From the NCBI GenBank assembly GCA_036170915.1, contig JAVHQC010000015.1, positions 115,798 through 179,797 of the forward strand: a DNA stretch of 64,000 nucleotides, given 5' to 3'. The translations under genes and the position numbers were made by a program. The notes under the pieces are model-generated. The model ran no database searches. It was not told where the DNA came from and saw nothing but the letters and a program-made list of their open reading frames with translations. This DNA is from Cyanobacteria bacterium auto_48_18 (GTDB lineage Bacteria > Cyanobacteriota > Vampirovibrionia > Obscuribacterales > Obscuribacteraceae). This document shows positions 28,391 to 36,767 of the stretch, one piece after another (within the stretch, counting starts at the first letter, position 1; every line of letters starts with the position of its first letter).

Positions 28391-29272
28391 TTATTTGTCG
28401 TTGGGTTGTTGACGCTTCATCAATTCTTCTACTTGCTCAAGCGGCACATCCATTTGAATTGCCATGCCCTGCATCATCATACGTTTGGCACTATTCTGGT
28501 CTCCGCCTGCCGCAAGCACCTCTGCATAAATCATACGCGAAGACACTCGATCTCCGGCGGCTTGAGCAATGGCTGTTTGCATTTCTTGTACTTTTTCTAC
28601 AGTTGGAGCCTGGGTATTGGCGGCATAGCTGTCTTTCACAGCCTTCAGTAAGCCGGGAGTTTGGCCCATCTCATTTTCAAGTGCTTTTTGCAATTCAGGA
28701 CTGTTTTTGTCTGCGTTCGACCAGAGGTGCACCACCTGTTTCATTCGCGGCTGGTCAGCTTCCGGAATGGTGCTGGCAACCTTATTTAGAGCTACCTGGG
28801 TATCAGCGATACGTTTGGCTTCGGCCTCAAACTTAGGTTTGAGCAGTGGTGCTTCGGCTTGCCATTTATCAGTCAGTGCTTTGAAATCGTCATCGTTTTG
28901 CTTGATATTTTTGTCGAGAGCGCCGCGGTATTGCTCAAGAGTCTTGGGTCGGTCGGCAACATCAGCCTTGGCAAAGTTTTCCACCAGGCCCTGCAGGGAG
29001 CGCATATTTTTTGAAAGCGATTCAGGATCTGCTTTGAGCAGAGCATTAATAGGATCGTTTTGAGACTCTTGCTCTTCGGCCTCTTCAGCTTTTCCTTCTG
29101 GCGCCGCTTCTGTCTGTTCATCGGCTTCCGCGTCGGCGACCTTTATGAACTTGGCAGTCGATTTATCGCCCTTGCCCAGAGCACCGCTTTGTAATTGTTC
29201 TTGGAACTTGGAAGTGCTGTCGAGAGTTTCCTTAGCCTTGTCGTTGCCGTCGGTCGTTTCTAACTTGAGCAT
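28391..29272 (-). CDS. Hypothetical alpha-helical protein
   Basis: 293-aa ORF, GGGGGG SD-like element upstream, acidic N-terminus. Confidence 0.7.
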   Translation of the reverse strand: MLKLETTDGNDKAKETLDSTSKFQEQLQSGALGKGDKSTAKFIKVADAEADEQTEAAPEGKAEEAEEQESQNDPINALLKADPESLSKNMRSLQGLVENFAKADVADRPKTLEQYRGALDKNIKQNDDDFKALTDKWQAEAPLLKPKFEAEAKRIADTQVALNKVASTIPEADQPRMKQVVHLWSNADKNSPELQKALENEMGQTPGLLKAVKDSYAANTQAPTVEKVQEMQTAIAQAAGDRVSSRMIYAEVLAAGGDQNSAKRMMMQGMAIQMDVPLEQVEELMKRQQPNDK

Positions 29273-29372
29273 CGGTAACCCCCCGGTTGTACGCTTGAGG
29301 ACTTAAGGTAACACGCCTCCTGCGTGTTGTCAGGAGGTGGGATTACGAAAATGTTCTCTGGATTTGGCGGTT

Positions 29373-29428
29373 TTGCCCAGTTGCCCAATCTAGGTGCACG
29401 TTTCGGCCGTTTTGGGCAATTTGGGCAT
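29373..29428. promoter_or_regulatory. Four-box inverted repeat between divergent genes
   Basis: TTGCCCAG TTGCCCAA (29373-29388) ... TTGGGCAA T TTGGGCAT (29412-29428). Confidence 0.5.
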
Positions 29429-29495
29429 CTCAGGTAGATTAATTAGGTTCGTCTGGCGCTGCGGTGTAATCTGACATTTCCCAAGCGGTTAAGGA

Positions 29496-29867
29496 GTGCC
29501 AGAGTTTATGACTTTGTGCCGAACAATGGCGATTGTCTTGTGCTTGTCTGGCAGTCTTTGCTTAGTGCCGGCATTGCCTGTGGAAGCTAGTGAGGGTTTG
29601 CATTACTCTGACGCGTCTGACGTTTCGGAGTTTCTGCGCGGTAAGTCAGACAGGATAAATGGCTACGATCCGTTTCCGAGTTTGAAGACGGACGGCCCAA
29701 GTTCGATTAGTCACAGCGGCCCGGCCGCAGAGGGCGCCTTTATGGTAACAGCCCCAACTGTCCATAGTTACGGCAATATGTTGCCCTTGGCTGCGACATT
29801 TTTGTTGGTCGCCGTTTTTACAATTTTGATGACTAGAAATATGGCAAAAATCTATTTCCGTTCATAG
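29496..29867 (+). CDS. Hypothetical exported protein with C-terminal TM anchor
   Basis: Signal peptide (VEA cleavage), C-terminal hydrophobic helix, AAGGAG upstream. Confidence 0.65.
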   Translation: MPEFMTLCRTMAIVLCLSGSLCLVPALPVEASEGLHYSDASDVSEFLRGKSDRINGYDPFPSLKTDGPSSISHSGPAAEGAFMVTAPTVHSYGNMLPLAATFLLVAVFTILMTRNMAKIYFRS

Positions 29868-29902
29868 CGGCGAATTAATCCTTTTGCAATTGCAGGGCCC
29901 GG

Positions 29903-30382
29903 ATGCGCAAATATTTAATTATGGCTTTTGTAGTCGTCTCAGGGTTAATCAATGCGCCTACAGCTTTGGCCGACGGTGGATATTCCGTTCTAGATGGCTC
30001 CAGTTCTTCTTCCGTTACGGATTTCCTAAAGTCGAAAACAGATCGGCTAGCTGGATTTGACTCCAATTTTTTGCGTCATAAAGCCTCTGCGAAGTATGCA
30101 AACGAAGATGCTATCAGGACGCAGGAATTGCCGGGCCTTGCCGTTGTGGTCGGTGGCGGATCGAAAGACAATCCAGTTCATATCTGGCCACCTCATATAC
30201 GAGCAACCGGTGATCTGGAAAATGGCCCGCATGAGGCCTCTGCGCCAAAGACTATGACGGCCACTGCTCAGTTTGATTGGTTCGCCGCAGTTGTTTTGCC
30301 ATGTGTGGGAATACTTTTTTTGATGTCCCATCTTAGTATTTTGGTGACAAAGATCTGGTCTCGTCTATCGCATGCTCGTTGA
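29903..30382 (+). CDS. Hypothetical exported protein with C-terminal TM anchor, paralog of upstream gene
   Basis: Signal peptide (ALA), shared motif VxxFLxxKxDRxxGxD, C-terminal TM. Confidence 0.7.
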   Translation: MRKYLIMAFVVVSGLINAPTALADGGYSVLDGSSSSSVTDFLKSKTDRLAGFDSNFLRHKASAKYANEDAIRTQELPGLAVVVGGGSKDNPVHIWPPHIRATGDLENGPHEASAPKTMTATAQFDWFAAVVLPCVGILFLMSHLSILVTKIWSRLSHAR

Positions 30383-30541
30383 ACTTTTTCATTGCCAGTC
30401 AAATCTATTCAGAGGCCACCAGTATATATAGGGCCGTTCAGGGACAATCAATCTAAGAATCTTCTTGGCTCAAAGATTTCGAAAATTTTGAACTTTCTCA
30501 TTCGAAAAACCGTTTTACAGAATAGGTCAGGAGGAAGACTT

Positions 30542-31615
30542 ATGCTGCAACGTGAAGAGAACGATAGAGCTGTAATGGATATTTTGTCCTATGTCGAGAC
30601 TGTGGCGCCCACTGACAAAGATGCGCTGAATATTTTTTATCAAGGTTTGGTAGATGAGGGCCTTGCGGTGTGCGCTTGCGGTAGTACTCAAGTTAGTCGA
30701 GCTGATGGAGAACGAACATTTGTTTGTCAGAGATGCCGTCAGAAAACCTGGTTTACATCAAGCATCCTTTTGTGCAAGGCCAGGCGCTTTAAAGCGTACC
30801 TTGCCGCGGTGCTAATCTGTGAAGCCGGTTTAGAAGTCACTGGTACTCGCCTGGCCGCGCTCACCGGTATCGTATCTGCAACAGGCTTAAGCATTCAGAA
30901 AAAATTCAATACGGCAATCAGCAATCAAATGCCTTCTGATGCACCGAAAATTTCGGGCAAGAATTTGAAAGCAATCATTGCTAAACGCACTGCCATTACA
31001 CCAGTTGGCAGGAAGCCTTACGCCGAACAAGAGGAGATTGACAAGCAATTGTTGTTGGAGCAGGAATTGGAAGAGGATGCTGCCCTAAAAGCAAACGGCG
31101 CCGAAACTAATCAAGATTTCGATCCGAAGCCAGTTTCCACACTAGATAATTCTTTGCTGGATGAATTTGACATAGCAAAGAATTTTGTCTGGAGTAAATT
31201 ATCGAGTGTCCCCATCTCTATAGACAAGATTTTCGAAGCGACAAATATCCCTGTTGGAAGAATTGCGGCATGTCTAACAACGCTTGAAATGGAGGGACTA
31301 GTTGAGGAAGTACCTGGCAGTCGCTTTGTGAAAGTTGCTAAGTCTTCTGCTACCGAAGCCGAAACTTCTAATCCTGACTTGGCCAGAAGTCTTGCTCTTG
31401 CGGCGAAGGACTTCGTTGGAAATACAATTGAGTATAGCCATGGTGTCGGTCGTAAAAGCATTCAACTCAAGCTCGCCGGCTGGTGGTGCACACTGGATCG
31501 CGTCCGGTGGAGCGCGGGTTCTGTTATGCGTCTTTGTTTAACGCATCCGCCTGTGACCGGTCGTATAATCATGGATTACGTTTCGCCGCCACTACTTTCA
31601 ATTATGCTCTGCTGA
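30542..31615 (+). CDS. IS1595-transposase-derived zinc-ribbon/HTH protein with DprA-type winged helix, no DDE core
   Basis: AGGAGG 30529-30534 before ATG 30542; CACGS..CQRCRQK, RLAALTGIVSATG, PISIDKI..LTTLEMEGLVEEVPGSRF, NTIE..HGVGRKSIQ. Confidence 0.7.
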   Translation: MLQREENDRAVMDILSYVETVAPTDKDALNIFYQGLVDEGLAVCACGSTQVSRADGERTFVCQRCRQKTWFTSSILLCKARRFKAYLAAVLICEAGLEVTGTRLAALTGIVSATGLSIQKKFNTAISNQMPSDAPKISGKNLKAIIAKRTAITPVGRKPYAEQEEIDKQLLLEQELEEDAALKANGAETNQDFDPKPVSTLDNSLLDEFDIAKNFVWSKLSSVPISIDKIFEATNIPVGRIAACLTTLEMEGLVEEVPGSRFVKVAKSSATEAETSNPDLARSLALAAKDFVGNTIEYSHGVGRKSIQLKLAGWWCTLDRVRWSAGSVMRLCLTHPPVTGRIIMDYVSPPLLSIMLC

Positions 31616-31651
31616 ATTTCTAGCTCTTTGGCTTTAGGCATTAGCTTTGAC

Positions 31652-31680
31652 AGCAGATTAGAGATGATCTGCTCTTTCTG
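31652..31680 (+). terminator. Hairpin with GNRA loop after IS1595-derived gene
   Basis: AGCAGATTA-GAGA-TGATCTGCT followed by CTTTCTG (weak U tract). Confidence 0.4.
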
Positions 31681-31724
31681 CTGACCAGCCTCAGAAAACC
31701 TGTGGCTTTTTGGACCTTTTTCTG

Positions 31725-31913
31725 CAGCAGAAGTTGTTTTTGGACGCAATTATCGGGGTTGGACTCTCGTGAAAGTGTTACTGATATTAGTGATGGTAGA
31801 GAGAAAGTGTGAGCAACATCAGTTACACTTCCGCCCTACTCCACCCAGCCGCCCAAAATCAAAGCCGCTATCACCTGAAACCCGTGGCAGTAATAGCTTT
31901 CAGCCCATTACCG
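31725..31913 (-). ncRNA. Putative structured RNA (146-nt rod plus 5' hairpin), family unknown
   Basis: Nested helices TAGCGG/CTGCTG, TTTTGGGCG/CGTCCAAAA, GGGTGGA/TCCAACCC, AAGTGTAACTGATGTT/AATATCAGTAACACTT; several mismatches are G-U only on minus strand. Confidence 0.5.
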
Positions 31914-31926
31914 AGAAGCTTTCGAA

Positions 31927-33636
31927 CTAAAGATAACGGAATAAAAGCAAGCTTAAAACCTGTGGCGACGAGCCCGGTCCTGTGCGAACCAGCTGAAAAC
32001 TAACCTGTGAAACAGGGTAAACGTAGTTTTTAGCCACAATGGTACGAGTCTGCGCCTTCGCACCCGGCTCTTCCAGAATAAATGCCGGTTCGCCAAATTT
32101 GCCTTTCATAGAGGGTAATTCATCACTAATGGAAACACCCAATCCGGCGGGTACATAACTTTGACTAAAAATGCGAAATGCCTCAGTACGCCCGTTTCGA
32201 AGATAAACCTGCAAAAGCGGAGTTTGATTGCGATCAAACAAGGTCCAAACTTTCCAACCTGATATGACTGTGCGTACAAGGTTGCCTCGGTTCTTAAAGA
32301 ATGCGGCGGTTTCATTTTCACTTGCACCGAGTGGCAAACCATTAATGCCGTGCACCGTACTTGGTGGCAAGAATGCCACCTGCAGCGGAGCGCCTTCTTG
32401 CTGGCCCTCTAAAGAAATTTCGTTGTCCGAAACAATAGCCGCTGCCTTTTCTTTTTTACGTACTTTAGGCATTGCCATGTCGCTCATGGCGTCTGATGAA
32501 AAACTTCCGGAAGCCGCTGCAATCGGCGGAGGTGGAGCATCTTTAGACGATTCTTTCATGTGCTCGCGCACATATTTGAACAAGCCAGGCTGTTCCGTGG
32601 GGCGAATAATTCCATTTGAAATTTCAGCCACTCTAGAATCGTCTTGAGCGGCCTGCGCGGCCGCTCCCTGTGCTTTTTCTTGGGCGAGCCTTCTATCTAA
32701 GCCAAGGGGCTCGTCGATGATGTTGATGCCTCGTTGTGCGGGCCGCTGGCGCATGCTGCCAAAAGTACTCGGGCCGGCTGACGATGTTCTGCTATTAGCC
32801 AGCATCCGTCCACTCGATGAGCCCGCAGGCGCGGCCGCAGCGGGGCTCGCCGGCGCAGCATTGCTCGAGCTATAGTTTGCCTTGCCGAACTCTTTTACAT
32901 AATCTTTGTCGCCTTGAGGAGCACTGGTTACGGTGCTACCCAGAATCATTTTCATGGGCACTTCATCACGGGCGCGCGATACCGGCTGCGATTCTCTGGC
33001 CCGCCGAGCTCCGCCAGCTGACTCTTCTTCATTTTTGCGATCGTACTCAGCCGCGGCTCCACCAGCAAAGCCAGATTTATTGTCTGCGCGCGACTTCTTC
33101 TCAGGCATGGCGGCCAGCGTGATGCCTTTGATGGCGAAAAGTTTATCGCTTGCCTGCGCTCTTGCCACCGCCCGTGGTCTTATAGCCAGGGCCGGATCTG
33201 TGTAGTTCTGATTGTTCATAGAATTGCTGAACTGGTTGCGGCTATTCTGGAAATTGCTAGCGCTACCAGGAAGATTCGACGAAGCTAGAAGCTGTTCTTG
33301 AACGTTGCCTTCGGCACTGACTTGTTTAGATGAAGCCAGCAAGCGATTATCATTTTTTAGTGCTAGCTGTGGTTCATTGCCGAGGCGATTAAAAATGCCG
33401 ACCAATAGCTTCACTCCAGAATCTGCCCGGGCAAAGTCTCCCAATTTGAATCCTGCGGCAGTGCTATGGACAGGCGCGCCTTTGCCCGGAGCAGCCATGG
33501 CATCAGAACCAATTGAAGTTCCAGCGGTGGTAACGAGAGCGGTGGTAATTACTGCGCCAAGTCCTAGAGTGGCTGTCAGAGCAAGTCTGACAGCACTGCA
33601 TTTAATTGTTTCTTTTTGGCGCTTTAACTTCGACAT
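31927..33636 (-). CDS. Hypothetical exported protein, low-complexity middle and globular C-terminal domain
   Basis: 569-aa ORF, N-terminal hydrophobic segment, co-directional with RR/HK. Confidence 0.7.
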   Translation of the reverse strand: MSKLKRQKETIKCSAVRLALTATLGLGAVITTALVTTAGTSIGSDAMAAPGKGAPVHSTAAGFKLGDFARADSGVKLLVGIFNRLGNEPQLALKNDNRLLASSKQVSAEGNVQEQLLASSNLPGSASNFQNSRNQFSNSMNNQNYTDPALAIRPRAVARAQASDKLFAIKGITLAAMPEKKSRADNKSGFAGGAAAEYDRKNEEESAGGARRARESQPVSRARDEVPMKMILGSTVTSAPQGDKDYVKEFGKANYSSSNAAPASPAAAAPAGSSSGRMLANSRTSSAGPSTFGSMRQRPAQRGINIIDEPLGLDRRLAQEKAQGAAAQAAQDDSRVAEISNGIIRPTEQPGLFKYVREHMKESSKDAPPPPIAAASGSFSSDAMSDMAMPKVRKKEKAAAIVSDNEISLEGQQEGAPLQVAFLPPSTVHGINGLPLGASENETAAFFKNRGNLVRTVISGWKVWTLFDRNQTPLLQVYLRNGRTEAFRIFSQSYVPAGLGVSISDELPSMKGKFGEPAFILEEPGAKAQTRTIVAKNYVYPVSQVSFQLVRTGPGSSPQVLSLLLFRYL

Positions 33637-33708
33637 TCCACTTACTCGTCTGCTTCCTTGATCGTGCCTTTTTATCTTCCTTCAAATTTCAATTGACCGC
33701 TTAAACCA

Positions 33709-33780
33709 TAAGGTCGGCGCCTCCAAATTAAGGTCGGAGCCTCCAAATTAAGGTCGGAGCTTCCAAATTAAGTTGGCGCC
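33709..33780. repeat. 20-bp tandem repeat x3.6 overlapping RR stop codon
   Basis: TAAGGTCGG(C/A)GC(C/T)TCCAAAT at 33709, 33729, 33749 plus degenerate partial at 33769. Confidence 0.93.
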
Positions 33781-34484
33781 CCTTCTGAAAGCTTTGCTTC
33801 CCAGTCGTCTAATTCCGATTGGTTGATTAGACCACGACGATTCGAGAGGTAAACCGCCCGGCACCTTTGATTGAATTCGGTTTCATGACCTTCACTGCGG
33901 CCAGGAATTCCCAGTTTGGCGTAAAGAGACTTCAATCTCGATTGTACGGCCTTTTCCGTCAGGTAGAGCTTTCTGGCGATAGCATGATCGGTCATACCTA
34001 AGGCAATGCAAATAAGTGCTTCGTATTCTGCCGGTGTCAGCGATGTGGCCCGATTTTGCGTTCTTTGAATTACCCGGGCAATACCAGGGTGCACCCAGCA
34101 ATCGCCTGAAAGCACGGCTTTAGCTGCTTCCACTACTTGTTCGTCTGAAGCGCTTTTTAAAACATAACCAAAGGCGCCGTTGGGTGGCACCACTTTCCAT
34201 AACTGTCTGACATAAACTTCGTCTGAAAAATTAGACAGGATAATTACGCCGGTTTCTGGCAATTGTTTGAGGATTTGTTCTGCTGCTTTGATACCCGAGA
34301 GTTGCGGCATTTTGATATCGAGGAAAACCAGTTGTGGTTTATATTTCTGACTCAGTTCAACGGCTTCCAGTCCGTCGTGGCCTTCGTAAATCGGCCCGGC
34401 GTGAACTGCTCCGAGATTTTGCGTGAGCAAATTCTTCAGCCAGATGCGATCTCTTTCTTCGTCGTCGACAATCAATATAGTCAT
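33768..34484 (-). CDS. NarL/LuxR-family response regulator
   Basis: ILIVDD, LVFLDIKMP, GYVLKS, LTPAEYEALICIALGMTDHAIARKLYLTEKAV. Confidence 0.92.
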   Translation of the reverse strand: MTILIVDDEERDRIWLKNLLTQNLGAVHAGPIYEGHDGLEAVELSQKYKPQLVFLDIKMPQLSGIKAAEQILKQLPETGVIILSNFSDEVYVRQLWKVVPPNGAFGYVLKSASDEQVVEAAKAVLSGDCWVHPGIARVIQRTQNRATSLTPAEYEALICIALGMTDHAIARKLYLTEKAVQSRLKSLYAKLGIPGRSEGHETEFNQRCRAVYLSNRRGLINQSELDDWEAKLSEGAPT

Positions 34485-34493
34485 AGCAGGGGC

Positions 34494-36512
34494 TTATTTA
34501 TCCTCTTTTAGAATTGGAATGGACAGGCTGACCTGGGTACCGGTATCAAAACCTTCTGGTTTTCTCCACTCAACGTTGGCGCCGATCAGTTGCGCTCGTT
34601 GTCTGATGTTAACTAATCCGTGTGCATCTTTGCGGATGCTATTGAAGTCGATGCCTTTTCCATTGTCTATTATGGTTATAACAAGATTGTCTCCCTGTGC
34701 GCCGATTGTCAGTTTGACCGAGTTGGCGTGGGCGTGTTTTTGCACGTTGTTCAATGATTCTTGAACAATGCGATAGAGCTGAAGCCGGGTGAAATTATTG
34801 AAACCGTAATCATCTTGACCGTCGCCATCAAGAAAATCTACGTGTATAAGTTTTTCGCGAGCGAGAATGTGCAATAGATTTTCCAGCGCCGGTTTGAAAC
34901 CCATGGTCTCCAAAACCGACGGATGCAAATCGTTTATTACCCGACGCATTTCTGAAATGGCACCATCCAGTTTTTCACGCATCTCTAAAGGCACAGGGTT
35001 GTCGGTCATGTCATGGGCCAGCCTGTCAGCCATGCGGGCTACTGAAGATAATGCCGGCAATGTTTCATCGTGCAAATCTTCAGCAATGCGTTGGCGTTCT
35101 TCTTCGGCGCGCACCTGCATGTTCTCGCGAGCGAGAGCCAATTCTTTGTTGCGCAAACGCAAGTCGGTATCAAGATAAATAAGAGTGCCAAAAATATAAG
35201 TCAGCATTAGCACCGCCAGCAGTGGCAATACGGGAAACTGCAAATTGAACCACTGGAAAGCAATTTGAGTGAGCAGCATCAGTACCATGGCGGTGCTTAG
35301 AAAAGCAGCCGTGCGCCGTCCCATTGGTAGTGCCGAGGCCACAGTGCCTAAAGCAGCGCCGAGCAGTAGTAAAATGTGGTGCAAAATTGAGCGCGGAAAA
35401 GAGACAATTGCTTCGTTATTGTGCAATGTGCTGATTGCTTCCGCTTGAATTAAAGCGTTAGGAGCTTTAGCTTGCAAGGGCGTGCGTACTGGTGGTGTAT
35501 TGTCTACTTTTTGACTGAAATTGGTGCCGATCATCACCACTTTCCCCGCAAAAACAAAAGGCTTTACTTCTTCTCTAATAACTTGCGAAATTTTATAGGT
35601 AGGATATTTCGTACCGGAAAACTTGATATAGATAGGCAATTCATCTTTAGAGAAAGAAGAAATTTGCGCTTTCGATGGCCCTACTCCAACGCGCGATGAC
35701 ATCAGGGGCGCCACCACTTCCGGCAGTGATTCGAATGCTTCGCCTGAAGCCGAGAGACCACGAGTATATTCGACCAATCCTTGAGGCAAAACATCGAGAG
35801 CTGGTGTAATGCCCGGTTCGGGTAAATGAGCCCGGGGCTCTGTACCGCTTTCTTGCCGGTCGCTGGGCATGAAAATATTGGCTGAAATGGGCATGCGGCA
35901 AACTAGCCCGCTGGGCTCTTTGATCAAATGATCATAAGCACAGGTGAGCACGCTTTTGCGCAACTCACTGGAGGGGAAATCATTGGGATTATCCAGATTG
36001 CCCGAAAGAGCCAGAACTATATTGTTGCGATATTGCTTGAGAGCCTTGACCAGCGCCGGATCTGCTTTCCCGCTCAAATCGATATCAAGTACTATCAATA
36101 ACGGATTGCCTGATTCAATCAGGGGAATTAGTTTGGCCAACACCGCCTGTACGGGCTGGGGGCCGCCTTCCACCGCTTCCCCCTCTAAATCGAACTGGTC
36201 ATCGTCATCATATGTAAGGATGGCAATATCTTGCGCACGCGCTCCTGTACCACCCCAGGCGGGCGCCACCATCTGAATGGTGCGAGCAAGCTCGTAACCG
36301 GTCTTATAGCGCCACTCTAGGAGGTTCATTTCCATTGTGTCGAGCACTGGTGACTCCGCCAGAAGGATGGTTGCCAATGCGCCTGCGGCGGCCCCCCAGG
36401 TCAATCTTTGAAAGAGCAAACCATCACGCTTTAGTGCTGATGGTCCAGGAGCTCTAATTAGGCTAAGCCGCATCGCTTTCCTCGAAACAAAATACAAATG
36501 ATTTTGCTTCAA
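34494..36512 (-). CDS. CHASE2-domain sensor histidine kinase (HisKA_3 + HATPase)
   Basis: CHASE2-like region (FAGKVVMIG..TPL) followed by 3 TM helices; ERQRIAEDLHD, YRIVQESLNNVQKHA, DNGKG, HGLVNI. Confidence 0.88.
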   Translation of the reverse strand: MKQNHLYFVSRKAMRLSLIRAPGPSALKRDGLLFQRLTWGAAAGALATILLAESPVLDTMEMNLLEWRYKTGYELARTIQMVAPAWGGTGARAQDIAILTYDDDDQFDLEGEAVEGGPQPVQAVLAKLIPLIESGNPLLIVLDIDLSGKADPALVKALKQYRNNIVLALSGNLDNPNDFPSSELRKSVLTCAYDHLIKEPSGLVCRMPISANIFMPSDRQESGTEPRAHLPEPGITPALDVLPQGLVEYTRGLSASGEAFESLPEVVAPLMSSRVGVGPSKAQISSFSKDELPIYIKFSGTKYPTYKISQVIREEVKPFVFAGKVVMIGTNFSQKVDNTPPVRTPLQAKAPNALIQAEAISTLHNNEAIVSFPRSILHHILLLLGAALGTVASALPMGRRTAAFLSTAMVLMLLTQIAFQWFNLQFPVLPLLAVLMLTYIFGTLIYLDTDLRLRNKELALARENMQVRAEEERQRIAEDLHDETLPALSSVARMADRLAHDMTDNPVPLEMREKLDGAISEMRRVINDLHPSVLETMGFKPALENLLHILAREKLIHVDFLDGDGQDDYGFNNFTRLQLYRIVQESLNNVQKHAHANSVKLTIGAQGDNLVITIIDNGKGIDFNSIRKDAHGLVNIRQRAQLIGANVEWRKPEGFDTGTQVSLSIPILKEDK

Positions 36513-36767
36513 GAGTAGTCTAGCCTGCCTGGCTTGGCAAATATCTAGGAAAAAGCCTGAGTTTAGGTGACTGAAGAAGCTTTAGTGTGAATTAGCGCCA
36601 ATAAGTCGTGTCTCAGTGTTTACCCTGAATAATGCGGTGGCTATACCCCAGATAAGCATGGTGGCTTGCCCGGCCGAAATTGCTGCGCCAAGCAGCTAAA
36701 TTGAGGTCAGGCCAGGAAACACATTTGCCATTCGAAAACGTCGGCCTTAACTGAGCGAGAAACCATC

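Noticed and set aside
30383..31926. Intact IS1595 element
   Set aside because: No terminal inverted repeats or target duplication found by eye and no DDE motif in the protein
33709..33780. Possible CRISPR array
   Set aside because: Units are contiguous 20-mers with no unique spacers and there are no cas genes in the window
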